DNA of 61,503 bases, filler included, from Choristocarpus tenellus KU-1152 (Eukaryota; Protista; Phaeophyceae), in the NCBI GenBank assembly GCA_964200185.2. It is 10 parts of 10 records of this genome, joined end to end, with 100 filler letters (N's around TTAATTAATTAA, not from the genome) between each part and the next. Parts side by side here need not be neighbours in the genome. Positions count along the whole stretch, not along the records: positions 46,760 to 52,413 come from CAXNAD020010127.1; positions 52,514 to 57,994 come from CAXNAD020010648.1; positions 58,095 to 61,503 come from CAXNAD020020236.1; 7 more parts are not named here. One strand, 5' to 3'. A model generated the notes under the pieces. That model searched no databases and was not told where the DNA came from. It saw only the letters and a program-made list of their open reading frames with translations. The stretch's first letter is position 1. Every line of letters starts with the position of its first letter. Shown piece by piece: positions 51,078 through 61,503 of this stretch. A program made the position numbers and the translations under genes.

Positions 51078-51238
51078 TTTGATGGCCAACCATTGCGAAT
51101 GCCCTTCGTCAATGATTGCCAGCCATCTCACATTTGATGACCAACCAGTGCGAATGCCCTTCGTCAATGATTGCCAGCCATCCCCCTTTGATGACCAACC
51201 TGTGCGAATGTCCTTCGTCACTGGTTGCCAGCCATCCT
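51078..51238. repeat. ~55-bp tandem repeat x3
   Basis: tttgatgaccaacc.gtgcgaatgcccttcgtcaatgattgccagccatc. Confidence 0.9.
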
Positions 51239-51449
51239 TTCAACCCACACAGGTTACCACTCCCCTCAACCCCACAGCAGTTCTCACACCACACAACACC
51301 ACTCCACAATCATCCAAGAACACCCCTTCATGATCCACTTCAAACCGTGCATTTGAGCTAGAAGACATCTACCCCGCCGTAACTTCACCTCCTAACCCTT
51401 CGGGGTTGATTTCTTCGATCTCATCCCCGTTACTTCCTGACCTGGTTTT

Positions 51450-52413
51450 ACCTAATCCTTCCTACTCTCTGTTAGACCCTTTGACACCAACACTGGGTCC
51501 CTCTGCTTATCCCTTACATATCCCGTAAAGGCCCTCGACTTCCATCTTCCCTCCCTCTGTATTACCAATTCCGATACCCCCATGTTCGCCACTCTCGTGG
51601 CTCCCCCTATCCTCCCTGAATGCAAGGCATACCCCTCGGGTTTTAACTTACATTCCTTTTGACCCTACAAATGTTACCTCTACTTTTTCTTCCTGGTGTC
51701 TATCCTCCCACCTTAGAATTTCTACTCTCCTCCTCCATACTATGTCCCTCCTTACTGCAAAATCTCCATGTACTCCTCCCCCTTCATCCTAGGCCCGCAA
51801 TTCTGAATCTCTGACTAAACAGAAGAACGAGACACCCACACCTAGCCTTGTCAGTTTACCTTCCATACCTAGCATTTCAGTGCCTTTCTTTGTCTCTACA
51901 ATCATTCTCCATGTTAGGGGTCTCCTCTTACTGGACTCGCTCCCTACTTTTGTATGACTCCTCCCTATTCCTTTGAGCACCGATTGGATCATGAAATGTT
52001 GTGTGGGGAGTTTGAAGTTGATGACATGTTTATGGTCGGATTGGGTTGCTGCTATCTTACCCTTAACTGTACTAACTTAGTCCCCTCTACTTCGGCACTA
52101 GAAAGACATAAACTCTACTAGGGCCTTCACTACCCATACACTCTGCTAGGGCCTTCACTACATCTATCTCTCGACTCCCAGGGTCTAACCACCTACTCAA
52201 TCCTCTTTATGTATGGAACTCAGACCATTGGTCCCAAGCTGCCTCATAACACTCCTGAGTAGATGGCGCAACCGATTCTCTGGCGTACAATGCTGCGAGG
52301 CACTCGGACACACCATCTTCCCTTCCCAACCCAGGGGTTGTTCCTGCCAGTCAATACATGGGCAAACAAGTCGCAGGTTAGTTTGAATCTCGTCCCTCTT
52401 CCACCTCAATATA
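51450..52413 (-). pseudogene. DIRS/Ngaro-type retrotransposon remnant: tyrosine recombinase with upstream pol C-terminus
   Basis: TVKGKIAA...LPTQHFMIQSVLKGIGRSH...RRPLTWRM...SFFCLVRDSEL...KVEVTFVGSKG (YR R.SEL and SK.D region). Upstream RWKRDEI...WQEQPLG resembles the end of DIRS RNase H. Many stops. Confidence 0.8.
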
Positions 52414-52513
52414 NNNNNNNNNNNNNNNNNNNNNNNNNNNNNNNNNNNNNNNNNNNNTTAATTAATTAANNNNNNNNNNNNNNNNNNNNNNNNNNNNNNN
52501 NNNNNNNNNNNNN
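52414..52513. other. Artificial contig linker
   Basis: N44-TTAATTAATTAA-N44. Confidence 0.99.
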
Positions 52514-52643
52514 TAATGTACACATTGGAATACAACAGTAGTGACAGTAGTGAAACCATCTAATGTCCACATTGGAATACAACACCGTACAATACATAAA
52601 TAAAATAAATACAATATTAATAATAGGCAAGGATTTTCCTTGC

Positions 52644-55600
52644 CTGGTTGACAAGTAGCCTGACAAGCTCTTCCACCCTCTTGGCAATGCCCTCACTGAG
52701 CTTATCTGCCATATCTGCACTTTGAGTGCCAATGACTAACTGCTCATCAGGACAATCTTCATGGACATTGTTGATTGCACTCCCTAGAACCTGTCAGGGG
52801 TACATAAAATAAAAATACCACAATGAGGCAGTCTAAGACACAGTCACCAATACTAATACTATCCAATCAAACCAACCGAGTGACCCACTTTATCCAATTA
52901 CTTGGAACAAAACATTCCCCACCAAAACATGTATACACATATTCAACACTCCAATGAGAGAGAGAGAGAGAGAGAGTACAGTAATTCACGCCAATAAAAC
53001 CTCATCTTAACAATCAAGCACTGGACAAAAGCCACACAGCTTCAGTGTATCCATCTCCTATACCTTTTTTTGACACTCAAAGCAAAAAAATCTAGCGTAC
53101 CACCGCAAAAAGGTCAACAGGGCAATTTCCCTCAATTCCTTCAATACTGTCAACCAGTCCAAACACCATTACAAACTGTAAACACTAACACTAACACCCT
53201 TTTTGACTCCTACCCCTGTACTAGCCTGTCAAAGAATCTTACTTTGTGTAGAGTAAATGAAAAATAAATAATAACACAACATGTAAATGTCTATCCTTCA
53301 TGTGACTTCCACAATATGACAGAGTTGAGGAAGAAATCAATGTAATAAATATATCACATACATTTATGTTAATAGTTCAGTTAACAGGGAGGGTGCTAGC
53401 TAACATTCTTTGACAATTTGTGAAATGTTGAGGGCACCTGCCTACCTGGGGGTCACATCAAAGTCTCACAATGTCATACAAAGACTTGCCTTGAGGTATG
53501 CAGTGACAAATTTTGATGAAGAGTCTTCTGCCCGGAGGCATTGTACAGCATCCATCCTCACGACACTATCATAATACCACCATCCATCAGACATCTGGCA
53601 TCAGAAGAGATATGATACGATATATTAGGGTTAGGGTTAGGGAGATATTTGAAACAATGTTGACGATAAACCATAATCACTGTTTACAGCATTAGTAAAG
53701 TTATCCATAGTACTGTATAATTTGAACACGTTCCTATTGTTTTATTATGAATATTATAGTACAAAAAAGAGAGGGTATCTCTATTTTTGAGTTACACTTA
53801 CGTTATAGGCATTTCTTTGAACACCAAACAAAGTTAGCTATGGGAGAGTAGTACCATACTAGTACTAGTACTAGTACTATTCCAAGTCCAAGTCTAAGTC
53901 CACACTTGTGGTACTTGTACACATAGGGTTAGGGTTAGGGTTAGGAGGGGATATGTTTCCTTTCCAATATATCAAACACAAAAGCAAGTTGTGCAATTCC
54001 ATTAACATCCAATAAAATCATCACTGTTCAACACCCACTATACTTCCATAAAGTAACTCATAAACACATCCACATCACTTCAACACCCATGACACAATCT
54101 GTGTCATTAATCATAATACCAAAAATAAATGCACATACATCAGATGTCTGTATTGGATTGAAACATGCTAATGGTATATACACTACCCCCAAGTACTATA
54201 GCTATACACCAGTGGCATACCTCACAAGGACTGGTGTGAGGCTAAGTACAACATATATATGTATCATGTATAGGTACCATGTATAGGTACCATGTATAGG
54301 TACCATGTATCATGCAACTTGGACCGACTCACCTCCCCATGATCCTGAAGAACCTCATCTAGGCTGTCTACATAATCAGCATGTGTCAATGCACTAGTCA
54401 TTCGTCGCATCATCTCTGACACCTGTTCACATGCACCACACACAACACAACATGGTGAGAAAGTTACAAACAGTACGGTATAGTACTTAGCAATCAACAA
54501 CAATAACAACACCAGCGATCACCTCAAACTCTACTAGTGTCAACAGCCTAATGTTTTGAAACCAATGCACACATTGGAAGAGCAAACAGAACACGCCTCC
54601 ATTGCACTAACAAACAACCTCTGCACACCTGTGGTCTATCTCTCCCACAACATCTTGTCCCAAACGCATCCTTTGTCCTTGAGCATCACCCAGCAACTCA
54701 CCTGCATGTCTTGTTTCAGGTTTGCCTGTGGTCCACTGAGTACCCCAAGTAATCGCCAGCAATCCCAACGAAATGTCTGACAGGTTCAAGGGGTCCATCC
54801 AAGTTTCAGAGGAGGGAGGACTGAAAGGAGGATATGATTATGATCAAATACAATGAGGACAATGCACCAGTGCTTTCTCCCCAGTACTCACCAAAAAAGG
54901 TTGAGCAAAAGCATTTCTCCCGGCACGTCCAGCATACCCTTCATTAACATACAGGTTTTCATAGATTCATATTTAATATTTTATGTAGTAGATGCTTTTG
55001 CCATAATCTAGACTACAGCATCTCACTTTAATGGAATAATGCCATCCACAACACATGTCAGTCAAACTCATCACCTTGAGGTCTGCAGCCTCTGGGTGTA
55101 GAGGGTCAAGACTATCCAGTAACCCTGGTAAAGCAGACAAGCGAGCAACATCTTCCTTTCCAACCTTGTTGGGGATGTTGGTGTGGGCAATGGCAGCCTG
55201 AAGCAGTATGGGGTGTGAACAGGAAAGGTTACATAGTGGTCAGAACTTCAAATACTCATGTCCCAGAGATAATTGATATCAGGCACTATAACTACACTCA
55301 CAGAGCTGATAAAAAATAAAAAACAGCCTTCCAAACATAGGAAGATTAGAGTATTGTAATCATTACAGCATCTAATAGTAAAAGAGGAAATGATCCTCCC
55401 ACCCCCACCCCCCCCTTAGCCCACTGGTGCACCCCTTCCCTCCTTTCCCTCTTAACAAGTGAAAGATCACTGGCAATCAACCGATAACTATAATGTCATG
55501 TACAAACTAACTAACTAACTAACTTAAAATGTTTTGCACAGACATTGCCGTAAGATGAATATCATACCACTATATACTATTAAATACTATAATACTACAA

Positions 55601-57454
55601 TAAACCCCAAGTACTATCTAGTCAAATGTACTGGTAGTTGCCATTCCTCTCAACACTGTAGCACTGAGAGCAATATTACTATCTTATTACTACTAGTAAT
55701 AATACTAGTGTTGGTAGTGCTAGTAGTCTTCCTTGGGAGTGCTCTTGACGCTAACATCATCATCATCATCACCACCAACAACAACAACAACACCACTTCT
55801 TCCAGTGCTCCTGTAAGGGCATGGTGATAACATTTGCAGTACTACATAAAAGAGTCCTACAAGCGATTCCATAGTCCTTTTAAGTGTTGTCTTGTTGTTT
55901 GTAGATTAAGACAATACCACAGAAACCAACAATATGCCAAGAGTTCAACCCTACCGTTGAAGTGTCATTTTATGCACACTGTACTATTGTTAATAGTTAA
56001 CTATTACTGTACTACTTAGTACGTAAGTATTAGCAAAATGGTACAGCATTTCATCACGAGGGTCATCTACAGTCACTGCCTCAGGTCTGGGGCATGGTGT
56101 GGGTAACTTGCTTATCAAATAAAATCAACCTTATGAAAGGGTTACACAAACATTTCTAACCCCTTCCCTATTCCCTCCTTCCCTCCCCATGCTTTACCAG
56201 AACAGAAACATTGCTGTTATTAACACCATCGCATCATCATCGCCATCATCATCATAATCATAATCATACTACTACTAATTATTATTATTATCTCACCTGT
56301 ACCCTCTGTCCAAGGATGGTGCGATGAGCCCCTTTAAGGTACTCTGCATAGTACCTTTGTACCACTGAGGAGTACTTTTGGACAATAGAAACCAATGCAT
56401 CCAACTCGCCTATCAAGATCGAGATGAGAGGGTCGGCTAGGTGCTGCTGCTCAGGGGCCTTCCCTCTATTCTTAGACTGGCAGGAAAGGAGTACAAACAT
56501 AGCAAAAAATAGAAAGATGAAATAAGACGTAAGAAGAGATCTCAACCAAAGCCCAGGGTGGAAAGTGAATATTATGCTTGGAACTTGAAGTACATATCTA
56601 TTTGGGTTCTAGTAGTCTCTGGAAGGCTTCTCATCCCGTGCAAGTCACTTCTGTGAGGAATTGGGTTGAGAGTACAGCAAAGGGGTGGGTTTACCTCCTG
56701 GGCTAATGGTAATGATAATCAGCATGTTCAAGGGTAATAAAACATAAAAAAAATGCTAACACTACTATTAATACTACAAAACAAAGGGGGTTGGGTGGGG
56801 TACAGGTTGAATCAAGATACCCAACGGATGACATGTGAGTCATGAGACACACCATCAGAGACACAAGATTCAATAGCATTATGAACCTGCACAAGTGTCG
56901 GCATTCATCATCATTGATAGTATACCATCCATTGTATTATTGACTGGGTATCTCCTACTATCTTTGGCTATAGTAGCACCCTTGATCTCTATTATTCATC
57001 TCTAGTGTTAAATGATAGGTTTAAAGACTACAGTGCAAGTAATAAGATCATTAGGTATTTTATTGGACGAATGTTGCATAATGGTAACCCTAACCCTAAC
57101 CCTATACCTCATTAATACAGGATGCTTCAAGCTCCTTCATTACATGGCACTGGAGGTGATAAGCAAACACAACTCCTAGCTAGACACAACGCACAGGAGT
57201 CAATATTAGTCTAAGGTCTAAGGTGGCCAATAATGTTTGTGGTAATAAGGTCCATGTAATAGCGTCAAGTACATTACAGTCTATCTTCAAATGAGAGCTT
57301 TGTGTGTGGTGTCAACTTCTCACAATGGACAAAGGGTTATAGAAGCATAAACTTGTCCATTGTCATTCTCAGGTTCCTTCCTCACCCCTGTCTGTCCTGC
57401 ATGTTGCCAGTACCACAGTACCTCCACCTTGGCCATCTTCATTGCTGCAAGAAC
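52644..57454 (-). CDS. NCKAP1: Nck-associated protein 1 (NAP1/HEM, SCAR/WAVE complex), internal exons 57454-57386, 56476-56297, 55197-55075, 54776-54702, 54422-54333, 53594-53490, 52790-52644
   Basis: Seven phase-0 exons give, in the family order, MAKVEVLWYWQH, IVQKYSSVVQRYYAEYLKG, DLKTFRWDCWRL, HADYVDSLDEVL, QCL and NVHEDCPDEQLVIG. Confidence 0.92.
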
Positions 57455-57994
57455 CTAAAGAACCAAAGGGCAGTATTAGTTACTATAATTGTGATAGTGA
57501 TAGTAACAGTAATAGTAACAATAATCATGTTAACCACAACAGTCAAATTGTGTCAGTTCATTCGAGTGAGAAATAGAAGAGATTGGAACCAAAAGAGTTT
57601 GGTTATTCTATTTTGTGCATCCATTGGATATATAGATAGAGATACGAAGTTAAATAAATAACAAAAATGATTGATTCTGTTCTGATTATTTATGTTGTGT
57701 TGCCTGTAGCATATGTTCTCTCATACGTATACAGAAGAATAATTATCTGTGCAAAAGAATTGTATAAAAATAAAATACTAACAAAATAAATGAAAGGTAA
57801 TACACATCTGCTGTTTGCAGTTGGTCTCTCAAACATACATTCTTCAGCCTCCCTTGAGAACAATTTTACCAACAATGTAGAAAGACAACAGAATGAGCTT
57901 TCAAGTCAAAATTTTGTGCCTCTGGCAGGGACCCTGGTTAGTTGGGGGGGGGGGGGGGGGGGGGGCGCTGGCGTCTCGCTTCCGTCTGGGGGGG

Positions 57995-58094
57995 NNNNNN
58001 NNNNNNNNNNNNNNNNNNNNNNNNNNNNNNNNNNNNNNTTAATTAATTAANNNNNNNNNNNNNNNNNNNNNNNNNNNNNNNNNNNNNNNNNNNN
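57995..58094. other. Artificial contig linker
   Basis: N44-TTAATTAATTAA-N44. Confidence 0.99.
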
Positions 58095-58160
58095 GATTTT
58101 GACCCAAAAGGACTCCCTGGTGTAGTTCCCCCCCCCCCCCTCCCCCAGACACTTTGGATC
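58095..58160 (-). mobile_element. Family B end at contig start
   Basis: Reverse complement GATCCAAAGTGTCTGGGGG..CTACACCAGGGAGTCCTTTTGGGTCAAAATC matches the 19328 copy and the family A subterminal sequence. Confidence 0.75.
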
Positions 58161-59534
58161 TCAAACAGTGCTTGACTAACATCTCGCCACTCTCTAGTCT
58201 TTAAGACGACCAAGAGCATTCAACTGGTAGAACTTATCAAGAAAAAATCACACCGTGCTTCATGCCTTTCAAGTCAAATAATCTCAATATACTCTCTTCA
58301 ACCATGGAAATATCCATTTTGCTTGTGTCCAAGGTCAGTAGAGGAACAGAACCTTACAGACATCAATACAGGTTCAGTGCAAATTTTCAATCTCGACTTC
58401 TTGAGCATTCGCTTTAGTCAGCTCAACTTCAGCGTGCCAGAGGGGGAAGCATTAAGGTGCGTGTGTTTTGCTGTGGATGGTACAATGTACACCATATCAA
58501 TGCATATTTGAGTGCCTTTTTCAGGGTTTGACGAACGAGAGCCTCAGATCTTGTTACTCGCCTTATGGAGAGACGGTAGAGTTGGATGCTTGGATACGCA
58601 ATTGTTTTGAGTTCAAAATACATCCAGCCTAACAATAGCGAGCTAAAAAAGCGAAACCACCCTGGCCAATATTCTCATGCGCTGCAAACAGTGTGGATGT
58701 TACACGATCATCATTGCTATGGACAACACAGACATTCTTCATGAAGTCCATTGATCGAAATTCTGCTCAGGAATTTCAGGTATGTTGAGATTTATATGTG
58801 ACCTTGATAACCACAAACACATGCAGTCTTTCGAAAAAAGGTTATATTGTTTATTTGCCCTATTCTTACCCCGAATTAATATGATTCTGCAATTATGACT
58901 TGAATTTCATGCTTACCTCTACTCTATCAATCCATGAGGAAAGACAGATATCGTTGAGCTGTCTAAGGTCAGTTTGTGAGGCTAGAAAATATTAGATCTA
59001 CAAAGTTCAAATGCAATGCCTATTTCAAATGATGACTGTTCAAAAACGACATTTTGGTCAACGTTATTTTAGGTATCCTCGACACCTGCCTCCCACTCTA
59101 ATTCCATTCCCTTGCAGCTCTTCTTCACTGTTCTGTTTCCTCAACCCTGAACTTTGTACTCTTATATATATTACCCTACCACAACCTCTCGCTAGACCAG
59201 TTAGTACACATACCTGCAGGGAAAGCATTTGAAAGGTATCAGATCAGAAAGCACGTTTCCAATGTCAACGTTCTCGCAGGATAATGTACCCATCCATACC
59301 CAGTACCCCTTTCACCCTTCCTCCCACCTCAAGTGACTGCTGTTGTCTTCGATGCCAACAAGATCTCCACCCTCCTCTTCATCCCAACACACCCCTCTTC
59401 TGTGCATTCATCCCCAATACAATCAAAATTTCCCTCATCCCCACTACCAATGCCTTGCCTACACCTTTTGCTCACCCTCCACAAATGATATAAATACCTC
59501 GATAGGACTATATTGCAGCTGTCTATGATCTCAG

Positions 59535-60945
59535 TGTGGCCTACCCAGATGTTCCTGTCTACAAGACTGCTGCAGATGTGGTTGGGGCTGGAACAGCGAC
59601 TGCCCGGTCTCAGTATTATGGCAGCACCAACAATTTCTCCCTCTGGGTGGGAGGGATGTTTGACTACAGGGGCTTATCCGACTATTTACCCATGGAAGAC
59701 GAGGTTCGATTTGGTTGTGAATAGATTGTTAGTGTTGATCAAAGAGTGAGGGGCTACCTTTGTAGGTTTCGACTTGATACTGGGCTAGGAGATCATGAAC
59801 TGGAGTTGGATGGTCTCTACCAAGGTAGGCAAGTCGGAATAGTGACATTACCCCAAAAAAAAGGTGCCAGTTGGTGCAAAATTGTACTTCACCATTTAGT
59901 GAATAACGATCAGATGTGGTCGCTTCAGAATAACAATAAAGTAGTTTCTTTTCAGAATAGAGCTGGGAGTTTAGAGATAGGGTATTGGTACCTTGAGTTT
60001 GAAAATGAGCCGAGAATTATATAAAGCCTTTGTCTGTTTGGAAGAGGATGAGGAGGGTTGAGGAACTTTCATACCAACAGTGGAGGAATTGTAGCTGGGG
60101 TAGGAAGGTGTCTTTACCAAGATTGTGTGAGTAGGAGAAATTGAAATATTAATTTCAAGCTGGAAGGAACCATGAAGGCCAATTATTGCCTCCACCCTGA
60201 AACCGAACTTCAGTGGATTCAATATAATGCCATCGCCTCCTACAGACTAATTCTCTCAAGAGGTGAAATGCAATCTGTACCAGCTACTAAATTGATCAGA
60301 TTTAAACATCTGCCTTTTTTTCTGGGCTTACATTACATCGTATCACATGGTACTTTTGCTATTGATGTGGCTTGGTGCTATTTGACTATCCACACAGCTC
60401 CAGTTTAGTCCTGGGACTAGCACGGTCACATATGTGCTTAACACCACAGACGACAACATAGTGGAGACCCCGGATGAGAACATCACCATTGCAGTATATA
60501 CTCCTGGAATGTTTCCCAGCTTCCTCGGAGGTCTCATTGCAGTCGTTGACATTGAGGTGAGTGTTTCCATCCAAACTCCTTTCTGAGACTACCCCCAACT
60601 TTGCCATGGCATTATTGAGTCTTGTCCTGATGTATCCTCCCACTTCTGTTGTTGTCACAAAGTGTGAACTATAATGTTCACACCCCAAGCCTGACGCTCA
60701 ACCAGAGAGTATTTGCAAAACTTCTTTTAGATGACCAACCTGATACTTGTCTCTTATATCCCCTCAAGTTGCATGCACAGTGAACCCTCCACGTCTGATC
60801 TCTTTAACCCCAAAAGGATGATGGGGATGGGGAGGGTCCTGACAACACCACTACAACATGGGGTACCCTGGATGCTGCAGACAGCTACACAACATTCTTG
60901 GACACTAAGACCTACATAGCAAAGCTCATCAGTGAAGACGTGCAG
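59535..60945 (+). CDS. Calx-beta domain protein (adhesin/integrin-like), internal exons 59535-59703, 60398-60556, 60817-60945
   Basis: Spliced SDYLPMEDE|LQFSPGTSTVTYVLNTTDDNIVETPDENITIAV...AVVDIE|DDGD fits the Calx-beta consensus DY......L.F.PG......I.DD...E.DE...I.DDD. Confidence 0.82.
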
Positions 60946-61503
60946 GTGGGATAATAACCATGCCATTGAACCCCAGTCACAGAGCAAGCAAAACCACGTT
61001 TGATATCAGATTTTGTGATAATTTCTACTTGTAACACGTACAGTAGTCGGAGAATATAGTCTCTCTGTCAAGGAGAATGACCATTTGAGGTGGGAGAGAA
61101 GGGGGGGAGTTGGACAGGGTCCGGTATACCATTATAACATTCAATTGCATTAGAAAGTATCTTAAAATATTGTTCTCTTGTACTACTTCTGACCAACTAC
61201 AAAGTGATTGATTGGCTGCCACTATGCATTAACCGTACCACCCTTGTTTCTTCAGTACCGAGGTTTCATCCAAAATATCAAGTATCAGTCTAATTCTTTG
61301 TCCTATTCCTCCAAAGCATGTATTCAGCTGGGTAGCACCCCATCGCCTATAGGGTTACAGCAAACTCAGAGGTTAGGTAAAGGTTTCCCAGTTTTTCCTA
61401 ACATCTTGTAGGTACGGTGTTGATGAATGAAGCATAGAAAAAAAAAAAAAAGGTCAACTGGCTGGGTAGGTAGATGATTGCTTCACGGGGGAAAAAGAAA
61501 TCA

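Overview
This window is not one locus. It is ten eukaryotic contigs joined by nine artificial 100-bp linkers (44 N + TTAATTAATTAA + 44 N): 1-15102, 15203-20423, 20524-26047, 26148-31813, 31914-35071, 35172-42926, 43027-46659, 46760-52413, 52514-57994 and 58095-61503. Short exons, introns mostly 0.1-1.6 kb, interstitial TTAGGG repeats and the transposon types suggest a brown alga or related stramenopile (inference). Most ORF-track entries are spurious. By reading splice sites I rebuilt partial spliced genes for NAP1/NCKAP1, a PRORP-like NYN nuclease, a REEP/HVA22 protein, an SVIP-like protein, a Calx-beta protein, a zinc-finger plus Tudor-like protein and a low-complexity acidic protein. Much of the rest is decayed transposon sequence: a gypsy protease, a pogo element, a DD39D-like mariner, a CRE-like LINE and a DIRS-type tyrosine recombinase. 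There are also eight copies of a ~258-bp MITE with GAG..CTC ends and variable 4-bp TSDs (Sola2-like), a related poly-G element at many contig ends, and minisatellites. I see no intact novel gene system. The least explained structures are two large decayed palindromes in contig 1, each centred on a short hairpin; the larger is a tail-to-tail duplicate of an unidentified spliced gene. All alignments were done by eye and no database searches were run.
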